The translations under genes and the position numbers were made by a program. The notes under the pieces are model-generated. The model saw nothing but the letters and a program-made list of their open reading frames with translations. It had not been told where the DNA came from and did no database searches. A stretch of DNA of 56,526 nucleotides, counting the filler, from Platydemus manokwari (taxonomy: Eukaryota): assembly GCA_037951405.1 (NCBI GenBank). It is 5 parts of 5 records of this genome, joined end to end, with 100 filler letters (N's around TTAATTAATTAA, not from the genome) between each part and the next. Parts side by side here need not be neighbours in the genome. Positions count along the whole stretch, not along the records: positions 10,297 to 21,827 come from JBBMOY010619992.1; positions 21,928 to 33,031 come from JBBMOY010906642.1; 3 more parts are not named here. One strand, given 5' to 3'. Of the stretch, positions 13,801-26,769 are shown in pieces. Each line of letters begins with the position of its first letter. The first letter of the stretch is position 1.

Positions 13801-16800
13801 CTTCAAAAAAGAAGCAGCATAATGTTGTAAAGTCATCCGAAATAAGGCTCATTGATTTCGGATCCGCTACTTTTGATCATGAAAAACATTCTACGATAGT
13901 ATCGACGAGACATTACAGAGCTCCAGAAGTTATTTTAGGTGCTTTAGATTATTATTTTATGAAATAATATTTTATTTGATAAACATTATACGTATTTTTT
14001 CTTTATAATTTTTCTTTGAAATGGGAAAATTATATTTTCATATAAATATCGATTTGTTTGATAAAATATAAATATATGATTTGAATGAGTTTAATTTAAA
14101 AAATGATGTTCTATATTATGATAATGATTGGCATTTATTAAATATTTGCTTTTTAATGGAGTTATTATTTGTTTATAGAATTGGGATGGACCCAACCATG
14201 TGATGTGTGGTCTATAGGTTGCATTATATTTGAATTATTCAGTGGTACCACTTTATTTCAAGTAAGTTTGGTTTCATTATTTTTAAATACCAAATATAAT
14301 TATATTTAAACCCAGCAATAATTATTCTTCTTTCTCGCTATATATATAAAGTCATTTTTATTACTGTTTTCTAAAAAATTTGGATTTGAATATACATTTT
14401 CATTATATCTCGAAGTTATTTTTCTTTATTTTTGGACTTTAATTTTGGAGAAAGAATTGATTCTTTTATATTTGAATATTTTGTATAATTTTTTTACAAT
14501 CATTGTTATCATAAATTTTTTGAATGCTAGACTCATGATAACCGAGAACATTTGGCAATGATGGATCGAATTCTCGGACATATTCCTTATAAAATGACCA
14601 GGAGCACTCAGTAATGGTTCATTATCATTTGATCGTTATTTATTTTTTGATATCCAGAAAAGATTATTTCGATATTGATGGTAAACTTATTTGGAATCCT
14701 GTTGAAAAAGATGCCAAATTCGTTAGAGAAAATTGCAAAAGATTATTTGTAAGTTTTAAATTTCATATTTTTTTGTTTCGGGAATAATTTATGGAAAAAT
14801 TTAAAATTTTTCAAGTAAAGAATAATTTCCTGTAATTAGATTTTAAAATTTTTCATTTTTGATGCTCAAATAGCTATGCACGTAACTCAATGATTTTAAT
14901 TTCCCCGTTATTAAATAGTTCATTGTTATGTAATTATATGAAAATTATGATCTTGGGTAAATCTTATTGGTTCTCTAAAAATGATGTGTTTTAATAATAA
15001 TTTATTATTTTATAATCGAAGGATATGTTCCAAAACTAGGGAATCATATAAAGATATTTTAAAGAATAATTTATTATATATATTTTTAAATATTATTTTG
15101 TAAAAAAGAAATTTTTGCATTCAATTCACTGTTTTTTTTCTGTATTATTAGCTTCATGAAGTATAATATATAGGTTGCTAAAACATTTCTTTTCATAATA
15201 TTTGTGATTCATCTCCTCCAATGATTTCTAAAGTGAATTTTTCAACATATGAATTTCTTTCATCCTCAGATCATATATTCTTTCAATAAGCGATTTTTAA
15301 TAACCGATCTCAAATTGAATTTCATTAACGGATGATCCATGTCTCATTAAAGGTTGTCGATATCAGCATGTCTTCCAGCTCTGATGGCAATGCAAAGAAA
15401 ATTTTTGACAATTTTTCACCCGTTTTTAAAGTCTTTATAGATACTTCATTTTATATTTTTATTTTCAACTAATATTTAATTGCTTATGTAATTTCTAAGA
15501 ATCCTTAAACATTATTAAAGAGAATTATTAAACATGTTTCCATACAGAATCCTTATTATTTATATTAGATAAAATTATTGTCAAATAGGGAAAATTAATT
15601 TTTGTCTATTTATTAAAATAAATTATATTTTTAGCTATTAAGATAATATTGATAAATCATTTGAATTAAGTAGAGACTGATTTATAATTCCATACTCATG
15701 TTCATTCTTATTTGGGATGTTCTAATTCCATGGATTTGGATGTTATGCCTTAAATACTAAATTTTATTTTTTTTCGCATATGAAAGCTGGGCACATATAC
15801 GATACTTAATACTAATAATCCATATTTTAAAATATAGATCTCATCTTACTAAATTAATACCAGATTCTTTATTATATTGTTTGTACATATTAGAATATAA
15901 ATTTTATTGCTGATCAAACTCATAAAATGAATATATCACTTTCATCACGAGTATAATTGGAACAACTGTCTTATCGATAAAGGTAGATTGGAAATGTGCC
16001 ATTGTGTTCTTTATTTTTATTTATATGTTGATATATTTTTCTGGAGATGAAATCATTGAAAATTTTGCACAGTGGTCGAATTATATTGGGGTTTATAGTT
16101 CTTAACTCCAAAAACTAGTAAATCTAGACCAAATAATTTTTTTATAAAAATATTGGAGATGATAAGTATCTAAAGGAATAATATTTTATCGATTTGGAAT
16201 TAATAGAAATAAAAATATTATATATTATAATTTGAATTTTTTTATCTTGGAAGATTACGACAAACCTTCTGTGTCATCACAATTTTGCTCACTTTTTTTC
16301 CAGATATAAACAAAGAACCAAATTTCAATAAATCAATATTTTGTCTAACTACTACATGATTGTAGGCCTCTACTATTTTATTAAGCACGCATTTAATTAG
16401 AACTGAAAAGTTATACCACAAAATTATATTTAATTGCATTTATATTATAATTTATTTATAATTAATATTTTATCGGATTACGTCATTGTAAAATCCTCGC
16501 ATGTGAATATTTTTTATTGTTTGCAATTTTGTTTAAAACGGGAACCATAAATATCTCATGACTTATTATTAGCCGATATCATTGTTGTTCATTGTTTATT
16601 CTCCAATAAGAGTTTGTCATATTTTTCATTGATTTTTTCAAAACTGTATTCATTCAGAGTTATTGCAAACCAAATAATGAAATAGTCATGGAATTATTCA
16701 ATCTGCTATCACGAATGTTGGAGTATGACCCAAAAATTCGTGTAAAACTTTCCGAAGCCCTTAATCATCCATTTTTTGCCAGATTGCCAGCCAATCAACG

Positions 16801-16870
16801 GCTACAAGTCAATAACAAACATATGATATCAAAGGAACAAATCATCATACCAAATGTTTATCGGTTTTGA
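10829..16870 (+). CDS. CLK: CDC2-like (CLK/LAMMER/Doa family) dual-specificity kinase; exons 10829-10904, 10962-11028, 11112-11228, 11280-11370, 13641-13938, 14179-14261, 14531-14610, 14658-14748, 16658-16870; 5' exons unresolved
   Basis: All exons join in frame through GT-AG introns. Motifs: [80 protein letters not shown] at 16868-16870; AATAAA at 17018-17023. Confidence 0.97.
12160..12953 (-). other. Putative recoded gene nested antisense in CLK intron 11371-13640
   Basis: ATG at 12953; open runs of about 58, 42, 32 and 35 codons linked by +1 shifts at stops. Confidence 0.5.
14800..15449 (-). other. Putative recoded gene nested antisense in CLK intron 14749-16657
   Basis: aaaATG at 15449; the +1 path gives a Glu-rich sequence with coding-type codon position bias. 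Confidence 0.5.
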
Positions 16871-17049
16871 ATTGAAAAATGTAGTTTTGTGTAGCAAGTA
16901 TTTATTATTTTTGTACAAAAGTCTGTATTCTATAAAGATGACCACGACTTCATTCATTTGACATTTACTTTGTATTGATTTTTTATTATTGTTGATAATT
17001 ACTTGTCATTTGATAATAATAAATTTCTTCCCATTCAAAGATTTAAACA

Positions 17050-18882
17050 TTAATTTCACATTGTAAAATGTAAATCAATAATTATAGATAAAGCACATTT
17101 TGTTAATTGTTATTACATTACAACATTTGTTTTATATTTCCACAAGACTAATTGAAACTTATTCCACGAGAAAGGTAGTGCCATTCATGATTAATTAAAC
17201 CTGGTTATGGTAACTATGGATGTTGGATTTAGAATATCACCTTTGAATGAATCATTTATCTCAGTTACTGGGAAATTCTGAATGATTTACTACATGTTTT
17301 GGCATTAATGTTGGTGAATTTTTGGATATATTGTTATATCAACAACTGTTTAATGAAAATTAACTACAATCATTGCATATCTGAATTTCGATATTTTTTA
17401 TTTTTCTGACATCTTGTCTAGAAAAATTTAAAGTTCTATTGTCTATGATTCAAGTGAAGCATACATTGAACGAATAATTTTACTTAAGACCTGAATTCAA
17501 AGGTTAAATAATTTTAAAAGAAATATTTTTTAACTTACAAGATATATAACTTTGTATAATATCAACTAAATTCAAAGTAAATATTCTAAATTTATTCGAC
17601 GGTGTTTTAATATTCGACTATAAGAAATTCTGCAAAGTGATTAATTTATGATTTTATGTTGTAATTAAGTTAAATTAAAACTTCCTACACTGCAATTAAA
17701 ATTTCAATTTAGCACTTTATGAATTTTGCATATTTAGTAAACATTCATTTTATTATCTCGGATTGGAAAGTATATTACCAGTTTTGATTTTTAATCACAT
17801 ATGTAGACTACTCATTTTCTAGTTTATTCGCACTATGAAACGCTGTTGGTTTGAAAACCAAATCACATACAAATTACATACTCGGTCTTCGGAAAAATAG
17901 TTTTTTATTAATATTAAAAATTATCTGAATAAAACTAATTAAATTATTTTAACAATAATAGTTTATTTATAGCTAAATGAAAATACACCAATAATTAGCA
18001 AATGAATTTTTGATTTGTCGAACAATAACTGTCGGTTTATCATCAGGTGTTTCTTGAAACTATAAGCAGATTTCTAAGTTATATAAAACCTTTTTTCATT
18101 TATCAATGCAACTAAATTTATCCATCTTTGTGGAAATGAAAAATATCAAAAGAACTAGTTATTATGATTGAATATTAAAAGAAAATAAATAGCTCGTAAT
18201 ATATAGTAATTTGCTGATGGATTTCTAATATTAAATGAATATTTTCTTGAATTTTGGTTTTGTTTTAAATTTCAATTTATTTAATTGTATTTAAAATAGA
18301 GAGAAATTAATTTTTTTCTACTAAAAATAGTTTATCGAAACAAACACCTGTTACTAACCTAAATGAAATAATAAACCATATCAGTGAAAAGTTCGGATTT
18401 GAACAAACTAATTTCATTTATTATTAACATACGTAAATGGTTAGTTTGCTGTCTAAATTAAACGTTGAAATAGGCGAAAATCGTAAAATGTGATAACGAA
18501 ATAAACACGTTCATGTCCATGTCAAAATTAAAATTTACGAAATAAAAAAAAACAAATAAAGAATTCTGTGAATATCATTTCAACGACACTAAATAATTGT
18601 TCTTACAAAAATATATGCTATATATCAAATTATAAACGTTGGATCATAATGAAATAAAAAGGCATGGTTGATTGATATGATATCGATACAGTAGATATAG
18701 TGCCTCCAATAGTTTTTCATGGTTTGTTATTATTCTGGAATGAAAGAAATATTTATTAGTCAATACATACTATTACCATTAAATCATACACTCGAACCTC
18801 TCAATGAACTAATTAGATGGGAGTGTAAATTATCTGTTTACATTCACACCATCGGTTCGTTTTTTAAGGACTGTATGAAGGA
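17050..18882 (-). other. Seven downstream exons of the acidic IQ gene, interrupted by stops (18882-18777, 18734-18607, 18565-18433, 18358-17989, 17886-17689, 17629-17539, 17490-~17050)
   Basis: A series of short GT-AG introns (41, 42, 48, 59, 74, 102 nt) like those in CLK and NudC. Confidence 0.55.
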
Positions 18883-19018
18883 CTAGATATCATTATAAAA
18901 TGCTCATTGATAAATGTGCTTATTAAAAGAAGAAATGATTCGAAAAAATTTATTTTGTTCAATTTTTAGAGGTTCGGCTGTATATATAACAATATATATA
19001 TAAATCTGACGAACTCAC

Positions 19019-21439
19019 CAATGAAAAAATATCATCGGGATAATTGTTATCAATTTGAGAATGCTCATCCAAAATGCCATCGGTGACTAAATCATTGGTT
19101 GCATCTTTAGGAAAAGAAAAATTATTTTCAGGATCATTTTCATCATCTTCCGAATCGTGAACATCATAACTTCGATGCTGTTCACTTTCCGATTCATCAT
19201 TTTCTATATCTTTCGAAGGGTTAGTCAGTTCTTTTCGTACGAGATGACCACGAAAATTTTTCTGAATTATTTTAGCAGCATTCTCTTCTTCGTCATGATC
19301 TGGGCTTTTTTGTTGATTATTAATATCATCATTTCCAATATCAACCATTTCACTCGGTGATTTTCTTTCTACCTCGATACAATTTTCGGGTTGATCAAGT
19401 TTAATATCTACTCTATTATATTGTTCTTTGAATTCATCTTGAATTTGTTTGATCCCTCTCATACTGCTTTCTAAATCGTTTGTAGAATCATCATTGATAT
19501 TATCGGTTTCGTCATCCTTTTTAATTTGTATTTCAGACTTGTGATCTTCAGAATTTCCAGTCTCGGAATCTGGCATACTTACTTCGTTATCATATTTAAT
19601 CTCTTGTACTTCACTTAGTTCTTTATCTTTATTTTCTGTGTATTTTTCATTTTCTTCATATTCTTCCTGACCTTCTACTTCATCTTCTTTTTCTATTTCG
19701 ACATCTTCATTCTTAATATTTTCTTCTGCATTTTTCTCAACATTTTTAAATGAATCATTATCGCTAATTACATCATCTTCATCATCGACTTCATTATAAA
19801 TTTCTTTTTCTTTGAATTTATGATTGTCTCTACCAGTATCTATCATGCTTTCAGTTTCGTCTTCACTTTCATTTATATCATTGTCTTTATTTAAGTTGAA
19901 ATCATCATCTTTATTTACTTTTTCAGTTAATATGACATTGTCAATGTCATCTTTTAATTTATCACTTTCGTTTAAGTCTTTATGATAATCTTCAATCTGA
20001 TTTTCAGATTGGGAGTTGTCTTTTTGAATTTTTTCTTCATCCTTTTCATCTTCATCATTTGAATTATATTCTCTATCACTTTGTTCCTTAGATTGATCTT
20101 CTGTTTCCCTTGAAAGCATGTCTTGGGTATTGCTTTCATCTTTTAACTCTTCTACATCCTCTGAAGCGACATTTTCACGATCCTTTTCAATAAGTTCTTC
20201 AGCATCCTTGTCTGATTTAATATCTGGAGACAATTCATCGTATTTTTCGTTTTCATATTCTTCACTTTTTCTAGTTTCATTTATATTTTCATCGATGGAA
20301 TTATCAGCTGATGGATATCTTTCATCATCAGTATGCTTGGCGGAGTTTATCGCCTCATTGTCACTAACAATTTGTTTATCATTTCCTAAGGGTTCTTCTT
20401 CATTTTGCATTTTGTTTTCATCATCACCCTTTTCAATATTAACATTAGGACTTTCCGATCTCTCATTTTCTTGTTCATTATCACCATTGACAGCGTCACT
20501 ACTAATTTCGGAATGGTTTTCTTCATCATCATTTTTAACTTGGTTTTCCAATAATTTGCTGTCATCTTGATAATTTAAATCAATATTTTCTTCACATTCT
20601 ATATTTGAATCGTCACGGTCTTCTAAAACATCGTCATCTGTTCTGAGAACATCTGTTTTGTTATTTGATTCTCGATTCCCATCGTCTATATCATGTTTCA
20701 ATTCATAATGTGATTCAGATTTATCATTATCCACTCTATCATCATTTCCTTCTGATTCGTTGTCTACTTTGTATATATCATTTATCGTCTGATTAATCTC
20801 ATTTTCATTTTGATTATTTCCATCAATGGAATTATCTCTATGACCACTGTAATCTTCATTATTGTGACTTTTATCGGACTCATTTCCATCCAAATTGTCT
20901 TCTGATTTGCTTTCGGCTTTATTCGCTAAATCGGTTTTCCACATCTGATCTTCATGGGTGATATTGTCTGCCGATGAATACGGTTTCAAAACATCTAGAT
21001 GTGTTTGAAGATAATCTTTCTTATCGCAATCATCATTTTCTTCACATACTTCAGGTTTTTCATAGCTATTTTCTTCGGTTTTGACATCATCACTATTATT
21101 AATATTTTCTTCACTGTCAATAGCTTTATCTTCTTCAACAGGTTTCTCATTTTCGATTACATGTTCATCAATGTTTGTAAGGCATTCAGTTTCGTCGTTT
21201 TCATCGTTATCTTGATTTTGCATTTTATTGTCGTCCATTTCTTCTTGTTGACTTAAATCATCACTTGTCGTATTGGTTTGATCTTTCGATTGATACATTT
21301 TTAGACTATCATTTAGAAATTGGTCCATTGAACGTTGGTTTTGATTTGTAATGATTTTCGGTGATGTTTCCGATGCGTCACTGCTGACTTTCTCGTCTGG
21401 TGACTGAAGATATCCATTCGCTCCATTGAGTTTTACATT
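19019..21439 (-). CDS. Large internal exon (807 codons, phase 0-0) of a highly acidic D/E/N-rich protein with one IQ calmodulin-binding motif
   Basis: Open frame from a tttacag acceptor to a GTGAGT donor. Contains EEENAAKIIQKNFRGHLVRKEL (IQxxxRGxxxR). Confidence 0.88.
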
Positions 21440-21750
21440 CTGTAAATGATTTAGTTGTTAATAGTTCAGAGTAGAAATTAAAAATAAAAGTTATTCTGAT
21501 TTTGAAATAGTATCATTATTGTGTGAGATAAGCTGATGAATAATCATATTCAAGTGCAAATTGTGCCCAAGCTAGATAAGAATGAAATTGAGTTTATCAG
21601 TCGTCAGTTCTATCAAAAATAATGAGCTAATTATGGAATAATAGGTTACATCCAATACTTATTTGCAGAAAGCACTATGACAACGATCTATTTGTGGAAT
21701 ATTTATTAGTGTTACCAGTAGTTCTATCAATTAACTATACTAAATCTTAC

Positions 21751-21752
<2 letters not shown>

Positions 21753-21827
<75 letters not shown>
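21753..21827 (+). repeat. (ATT)n microsatellite at a contig end
   Basis: Seen directly; runs into the N gap. Confidence 0.97.
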
Positions 21828-21927
21828 NNNNNNNNNNNNNNNNNNNNNNNNNNNNNNNNNNNNNNNNNNNNTTAATTAATTAANNNNNNNNNNNNNNNNN
21901 NNNNNNNNNNNNNNNNNNNNNNNNNNN
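21828..21927. other. Artificial assembly linker
   Basis: N44-TTAATTAATTAA-N44. Confidence 0.97.
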
Positions 21928-22879
21928 AATGATGTTTGACTTCTGAAATATTTACCGATATCTTAAATTTTATTTATTTAATTTCTGTTTAAAAGTTTCA
22001 GTATTATATTTTAATACCTAATATTATAGTTTTTGTTTAACACGTATTTTAGTCACTAAAATTTCATCAGTTTTAATTTTTATTATAAATTAAGATAACT
22101 TGTATCGTTTAAAGATTCAAGAAAATTAAAAATACTTATTTAAAGTTTTTATTTTCAAAAATTTAATTCATTACCTCTGTTCTTCACCTTTGTAGGTTCT
22201 TATTCGTAGCTTTACCAATATATTATAGTTAACTTATTAAATTAGTTATTTTTATAATTATTTAAGAATTATCAAGAAAAATATATAGCGAAATCCCTAT
22301 ATGGATGTTCATAGATTGCCATTCAGTATTCACTCAGGAAATTTATTAATAATTACAGGAACTTATTTTTACCTAAACACTATCATATTTTGTATCACAA
22401 AAATTATTTTTATTTCTATTTTATGTTAAGTCAATTAAATGTAATTTTCATTAAGTATGCAATGGTTAAAAATTATTTGTTTTGCACTATTTTAGAATAG
22501 CAAGTAAATTCAATAAAACATTTTAAATATTTTTTACAGAAGCATAAACTCATATATAAGTAATTAATTTTTAAAACTGACTATTTTGTACATTATGAAT
22601 ATTATTTAGGACTTCAAACAATATTTGTTATTTTTTTATCAATAATTGCCTACGTGTGAATTCAAAGCTAATAACTGTTGACAAGACAATTTCAGACTGT
22701 GAAAAGTTCCGAATTGGACCAACAAAATTAAAAAAATAATTTATTGTGATTTCCAAGATCACAAGACTTGTTGTTTCATTGTTTCAATTACATCATTAAC
22801 ATTCAAAATAATAATATTTATTTAAAAAACTAAGAAATCCACCAATCAATTATTTAAACAAATATAACCTGTTTGTTCA

Positions 22880-25000
22880 TGTAACCACGTTACTCGCCTC
22901 CTTTTAAGGCCCCCCATCGCTTCAGTCACTCTAATCGTCTGTACTTTATCGTATGAGGGAATTAAATCTCTACTTGTCTTTCAGACTTGAATCCGGTAAT
23001 TCGTTAGGGACCTTCGTACTGGTATCCATTCTTCTTCCTCTTATGGAAATCTATAAGAACTAGCATCTTCCACCTCTGTCTCGGTTAGTCAATATGTTGG
23101 TTGCCACTTTAGAATTATTTCTAGCTGCTGTTGCAATATCATCTAGAGTCTGGTTCTTGTGACTCACATCCGTATGGACATTAATCTTCTGTTCGTAGAT
23201 CACCTCGACAGGCGAGAACTTTTTTGTTGATTGATGTGTTGAGTTGCTGCACAACTCTACTCGTGGCAACAATTCAGAACAACTTTTCTCGAGGCTTTTG
23301 CTCTTAAATCATATCTCATACTGCCCTGATGACTCTTTCTGCTAGCCCCGTTTGATTGATGCTGGTATATTGAGCTTAATTTTTGTTTGATTCCCAATTT
23401 TGAAAACGCCTTTCTCATAAATTTGCCTCCAAATTGTTTCTAATTATCAGATAGAATGCACTTTGGCTTTCCAAAACGTAAAATCTACGACTTCAAGATG
23501 ACTTGGAAGATTGCCTTTTCGTCTTCCTTAGATGTAGCAGTGAAGCTCACCATCTCGCTGAATTTGTCGATAATGACTACTAAATATTTCATCTTTGATT
23601 AGTGTACATTTCTCAGAATTCACTTTCAAAACCAACTCTTGAATTCGTTGAAATACGGATTCCAGTAGATTGTCATGCTCTTGCTGATGCTGTAGATAGT
23701 CCAAATGGGATTCTGTTGAAGCAGTATTAGCCGATTCTTGTGCTAAAAGCTGTGGAACTTATTTCGATTTGGTAATAAGCCTGCCCCAATTCTATCTAGG
23801 AGAAATATTTAGTATCCACTAAACAGTCTAGACACTTATGGTATAGAGAAACTAAATTTTTCTGTCACTCCATTGAGTCTTCGATAATCCACACACATCC
23901 GGATCGATCTGTCCTTTTTTCTTACAATGACCAGGAGTGAAATCCAAGCACTCTTGAATGGCCTTATTACTCCTATTTTGAGCAAGTTTTTGATCACATC
24001 TTCAATTTTTACTTCTAAGCGCATGGGCTGTCTTCTGGGATTCTACGAAATAGGATATCTTGGATTTATAATATCGTGAACAACTAAGTTGGTTTTGACT
24101 ATATCCAATTTCGAAGCCATTAATATTTTTCCGTATTTCTTAACGAGTCTTCAAATTCTACCTGTGTTCGCAGTCTTCATCATTTTCAGTACGTGTGTCT
24201 ATCTTTCCTCATCTGTATATTTTTCGCTACATTCTTGTGAATAGATTGTGACTTTCTCTTTCAGCTGACTCTCGAATGCATTCATTGTGTCAACACCTCC
24301 TATGAATTTGGAGCAAAGTTTTTTTTAATTACAACTCTAAATTTCCTTTTCTTTCCTTTCCACTAGCAATCACTTTTCCATAATCCAGAGGGCATTTGGT
24401 ACCCGTTGAAAGCACTCTATTAAGTGCAATCAAGGTATCCTGCAATTTTGGCCTTGACTATTTCTTCCAATAGTTCTCGCTCATCACTGTGATAGATGCT
24501 CCAGAATCCCACAACATCTCTACTTCAGCTTCGTTGATCAACACTTTACTCCAAACTCTAACGTCGTCCTTCTTAAACATCTCTTCAAGTCTGTTCACAT
24601 TTCGAATTTTTTTGTTATCTATTGATTCAACCCCAGGGACGAAATGTATGCGACGGAGTTGTTTGATATTCTACTTCGTGCATCATTGGATATTCGATTG
24701 GATCAAATTGCTCCTCAACCTCGTCATGAATACATAAAATTTTACCTTCTAATCTCTGTCTGGTGCCTCCTATTAAATGGCACGACCGGAAATGATGGCC
24801 TTCTTGTCAGCATATTAAACATTTGTGCCTAACTGGATACTGGCTTTTGTAATGTTCGCTTTGTCTCCGCGATAGCGTTCTTCTTTTTTGATCTGGCAAA
24901 GCCTCAACACTTATTGTACAGTTTCTTGGCTATGTATTTTATCGAATACACTGTTTTCTTTCTATCTTAAGTGAACTTCTGTTCTGAAGCTATTGGCTCG
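22880..25000 (-). mobile_element. Decayed Ty3/Gypsy LTR retrotransposon (gag-protease-RT-integrase remnants)
   Basis: Protease EVEMLWDSGASITV (~24485-24535); RT IVRKKDRSIRMCVDYRRLNGVT (23836-24024); integrase KYLVVIIDKFS and ILSDN*KQF (~23420-23590); purine tract near 22893-22918. Many stops and frameshifts. Confidence 0.9.
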
Positions 25001-25089
25001 GATTTCCATGTTCTGATAGTATATAGTGGTTCATAATTGCTTGATTCATTACTTTCTTTTTTGAACTGGTTATTGCACCGTTTGCTTCT

Positions 25090-26565
25090 TACAGTGAAAG
25101 ACAAGATCATATTAGAAACTAAAGCGTGCAGAAAGAAGATTTATCTAAAATTAAGTAGATCTTTTAAAGAACCTTATTTTATGGAAAAAGTAACTGAAAC
25201 AAATTATGTGATAAGCTTCCTGGGACAAAGCAAGCCAAATCTATTTGGATACACTTCAACTGTTGTAAGCGGTAAGAAGACGTATTACAATCAGAGACCA
25301 AGTCAAACAAGTCGATGAAAAACATTTATGATACAAAGAATACAGATAATAATAGTTCTGTGACCACATAAATACCTCCTACATTTCAAGTAAATGATGT
25401 TTTAATGCTTATCTGCTGTTATGCTTATGTTGAGCTACAAACGCTTGTAATATGTTCATTGTGGACATTCAAATGGGAAGAATTTTAGTTAAGTGCAGAA
25501 CCGCAGTATTATTATAGTGTTTCATTGATTAGGCAAATTCGATCCGATGTAAAATTAAACTCACGCACCCAGGATTGATCGAAGATTGAAAGCCAAACTA
25601 GACCTTTCCCATAATAATTCAACAATGAAACAGTAATCCATACTCTAGTGAAGTTGAATTGAGGACGACTAATACAGTAGAAGAAATATAGCATGTTAGG
25701 TAGATCACAAATCGATCAAAGGAGTTACAGGAACCAATGAAATAACACTAAAAGGGATCAACACACACAGATTGGATAAGCCAATATACCGTCAGTCAAT
25801 CAGATTCGCTTTAATATTAATCCATATTTAGAAGATAAGAATCGATAAGCCCATGCCTACAAATGGCAGCAAACTCAAATATCTGCCAATAGAATAAGAG
25901 ATACGAGAAAAATTTCAAACAGACCGATCTACGAATGAATTCAGGAAATTGAAAATGCAGACTCGGGACATCAAGTAGACACACCCGATGGGTGTATAAA
26001 AGAGGTTGAGTTCCATGAATAACTGCCAGTCTTTTTAATCAGTAATTTGTGCTTTAATCCTGAATTTGTGTGAATTCAATAATCAGTCTTTTCGATTACT
26101 TTTTATTCTGTTTTTGACGTTTGGATGCTGATCCCGTCTTGTGTGATTGTAAGTTGTGAAGATGTTTAACCGTATTTGTTCTGATTACGATTGTAATATT
26201 TTGCTTAATATAGTTTTCAGATCTTATTGTCAACAGACATATCAATCTAAAAATCGAAAAAGATTTGAAGATCATTTTAGTCTTCCAATGACAGCACAAA
26301 ATACGGCACAGCGGAAACGATCGAAGAACCTACATGCGACATAGATGAAGAGACTACGTCAATAGCTCTAGATCAATTGATCAACAGTGACAAAATAGTT
26401 GGTATATTCGACATTAAATTGGAAAACATTTCCTTTGATGAAGGAAAACCAAACTTGAAGAAAACGAGAATGGTCTCACTCAACCTAAGTATCAGAAAAA
26501 GCGAAAAAGGACAACCATATCTTCCAAAACAAATACACAAATTTATTGTATTCGAAAGAAGATAG
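25090..26565 (+). mobile_element. Second Gypsy-like remnant: integrase C-terminus, putative LTR and 5' leader
   Basis: KLSRSFKEPYFMEKVTETNYVI resembles the GPY/F module of integrase. Purine tract near 25470-25481 and TATAAAAG near 25995. Confidence 0.55.
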
Positions 26566-26769
26566 CATATAACCGCAATTTAATACACGTACTCCTAAAA
26601 TTTGATTATTTGAAAATGACGTCAAATTGCAATTGATTGAATAGCGAGTACCTTTTTTAGCATTAGAAGCAAATTGTAATTACTTCATAAAATGAGTAAT
26701 AATTGATTATTCAACATGCTAATTGTTTAATAAATCGATTTTTCATTTTAAAAAATTAAAAACTCAAAA

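Noticed and set aside
17830-17870. Homeobox-like VIWFSNQQR on the minus strand
   Set aside because: No helix 1/2 similarity and no RR/K basic tail; probably chance.
17973-18059. Conventional last exon ending in CaaX-like WCIFI* for the IQ protein
   Set aside because: Possible, but it ignores several nearer exon-like blocks and the downstream introns; kept only as an alternative.
19157-21256. Plus-strand ORFs 19157, 20118 and 20999 (also 28587, 36202, 41337 and 41970 on the minus strand)
   Set aside because: Antisense shadows of real coding exons.
21694-21879. Poly-Tyr ORF
   Set aside because: Translation of an (ATT)n microsatellite plus the N gap.
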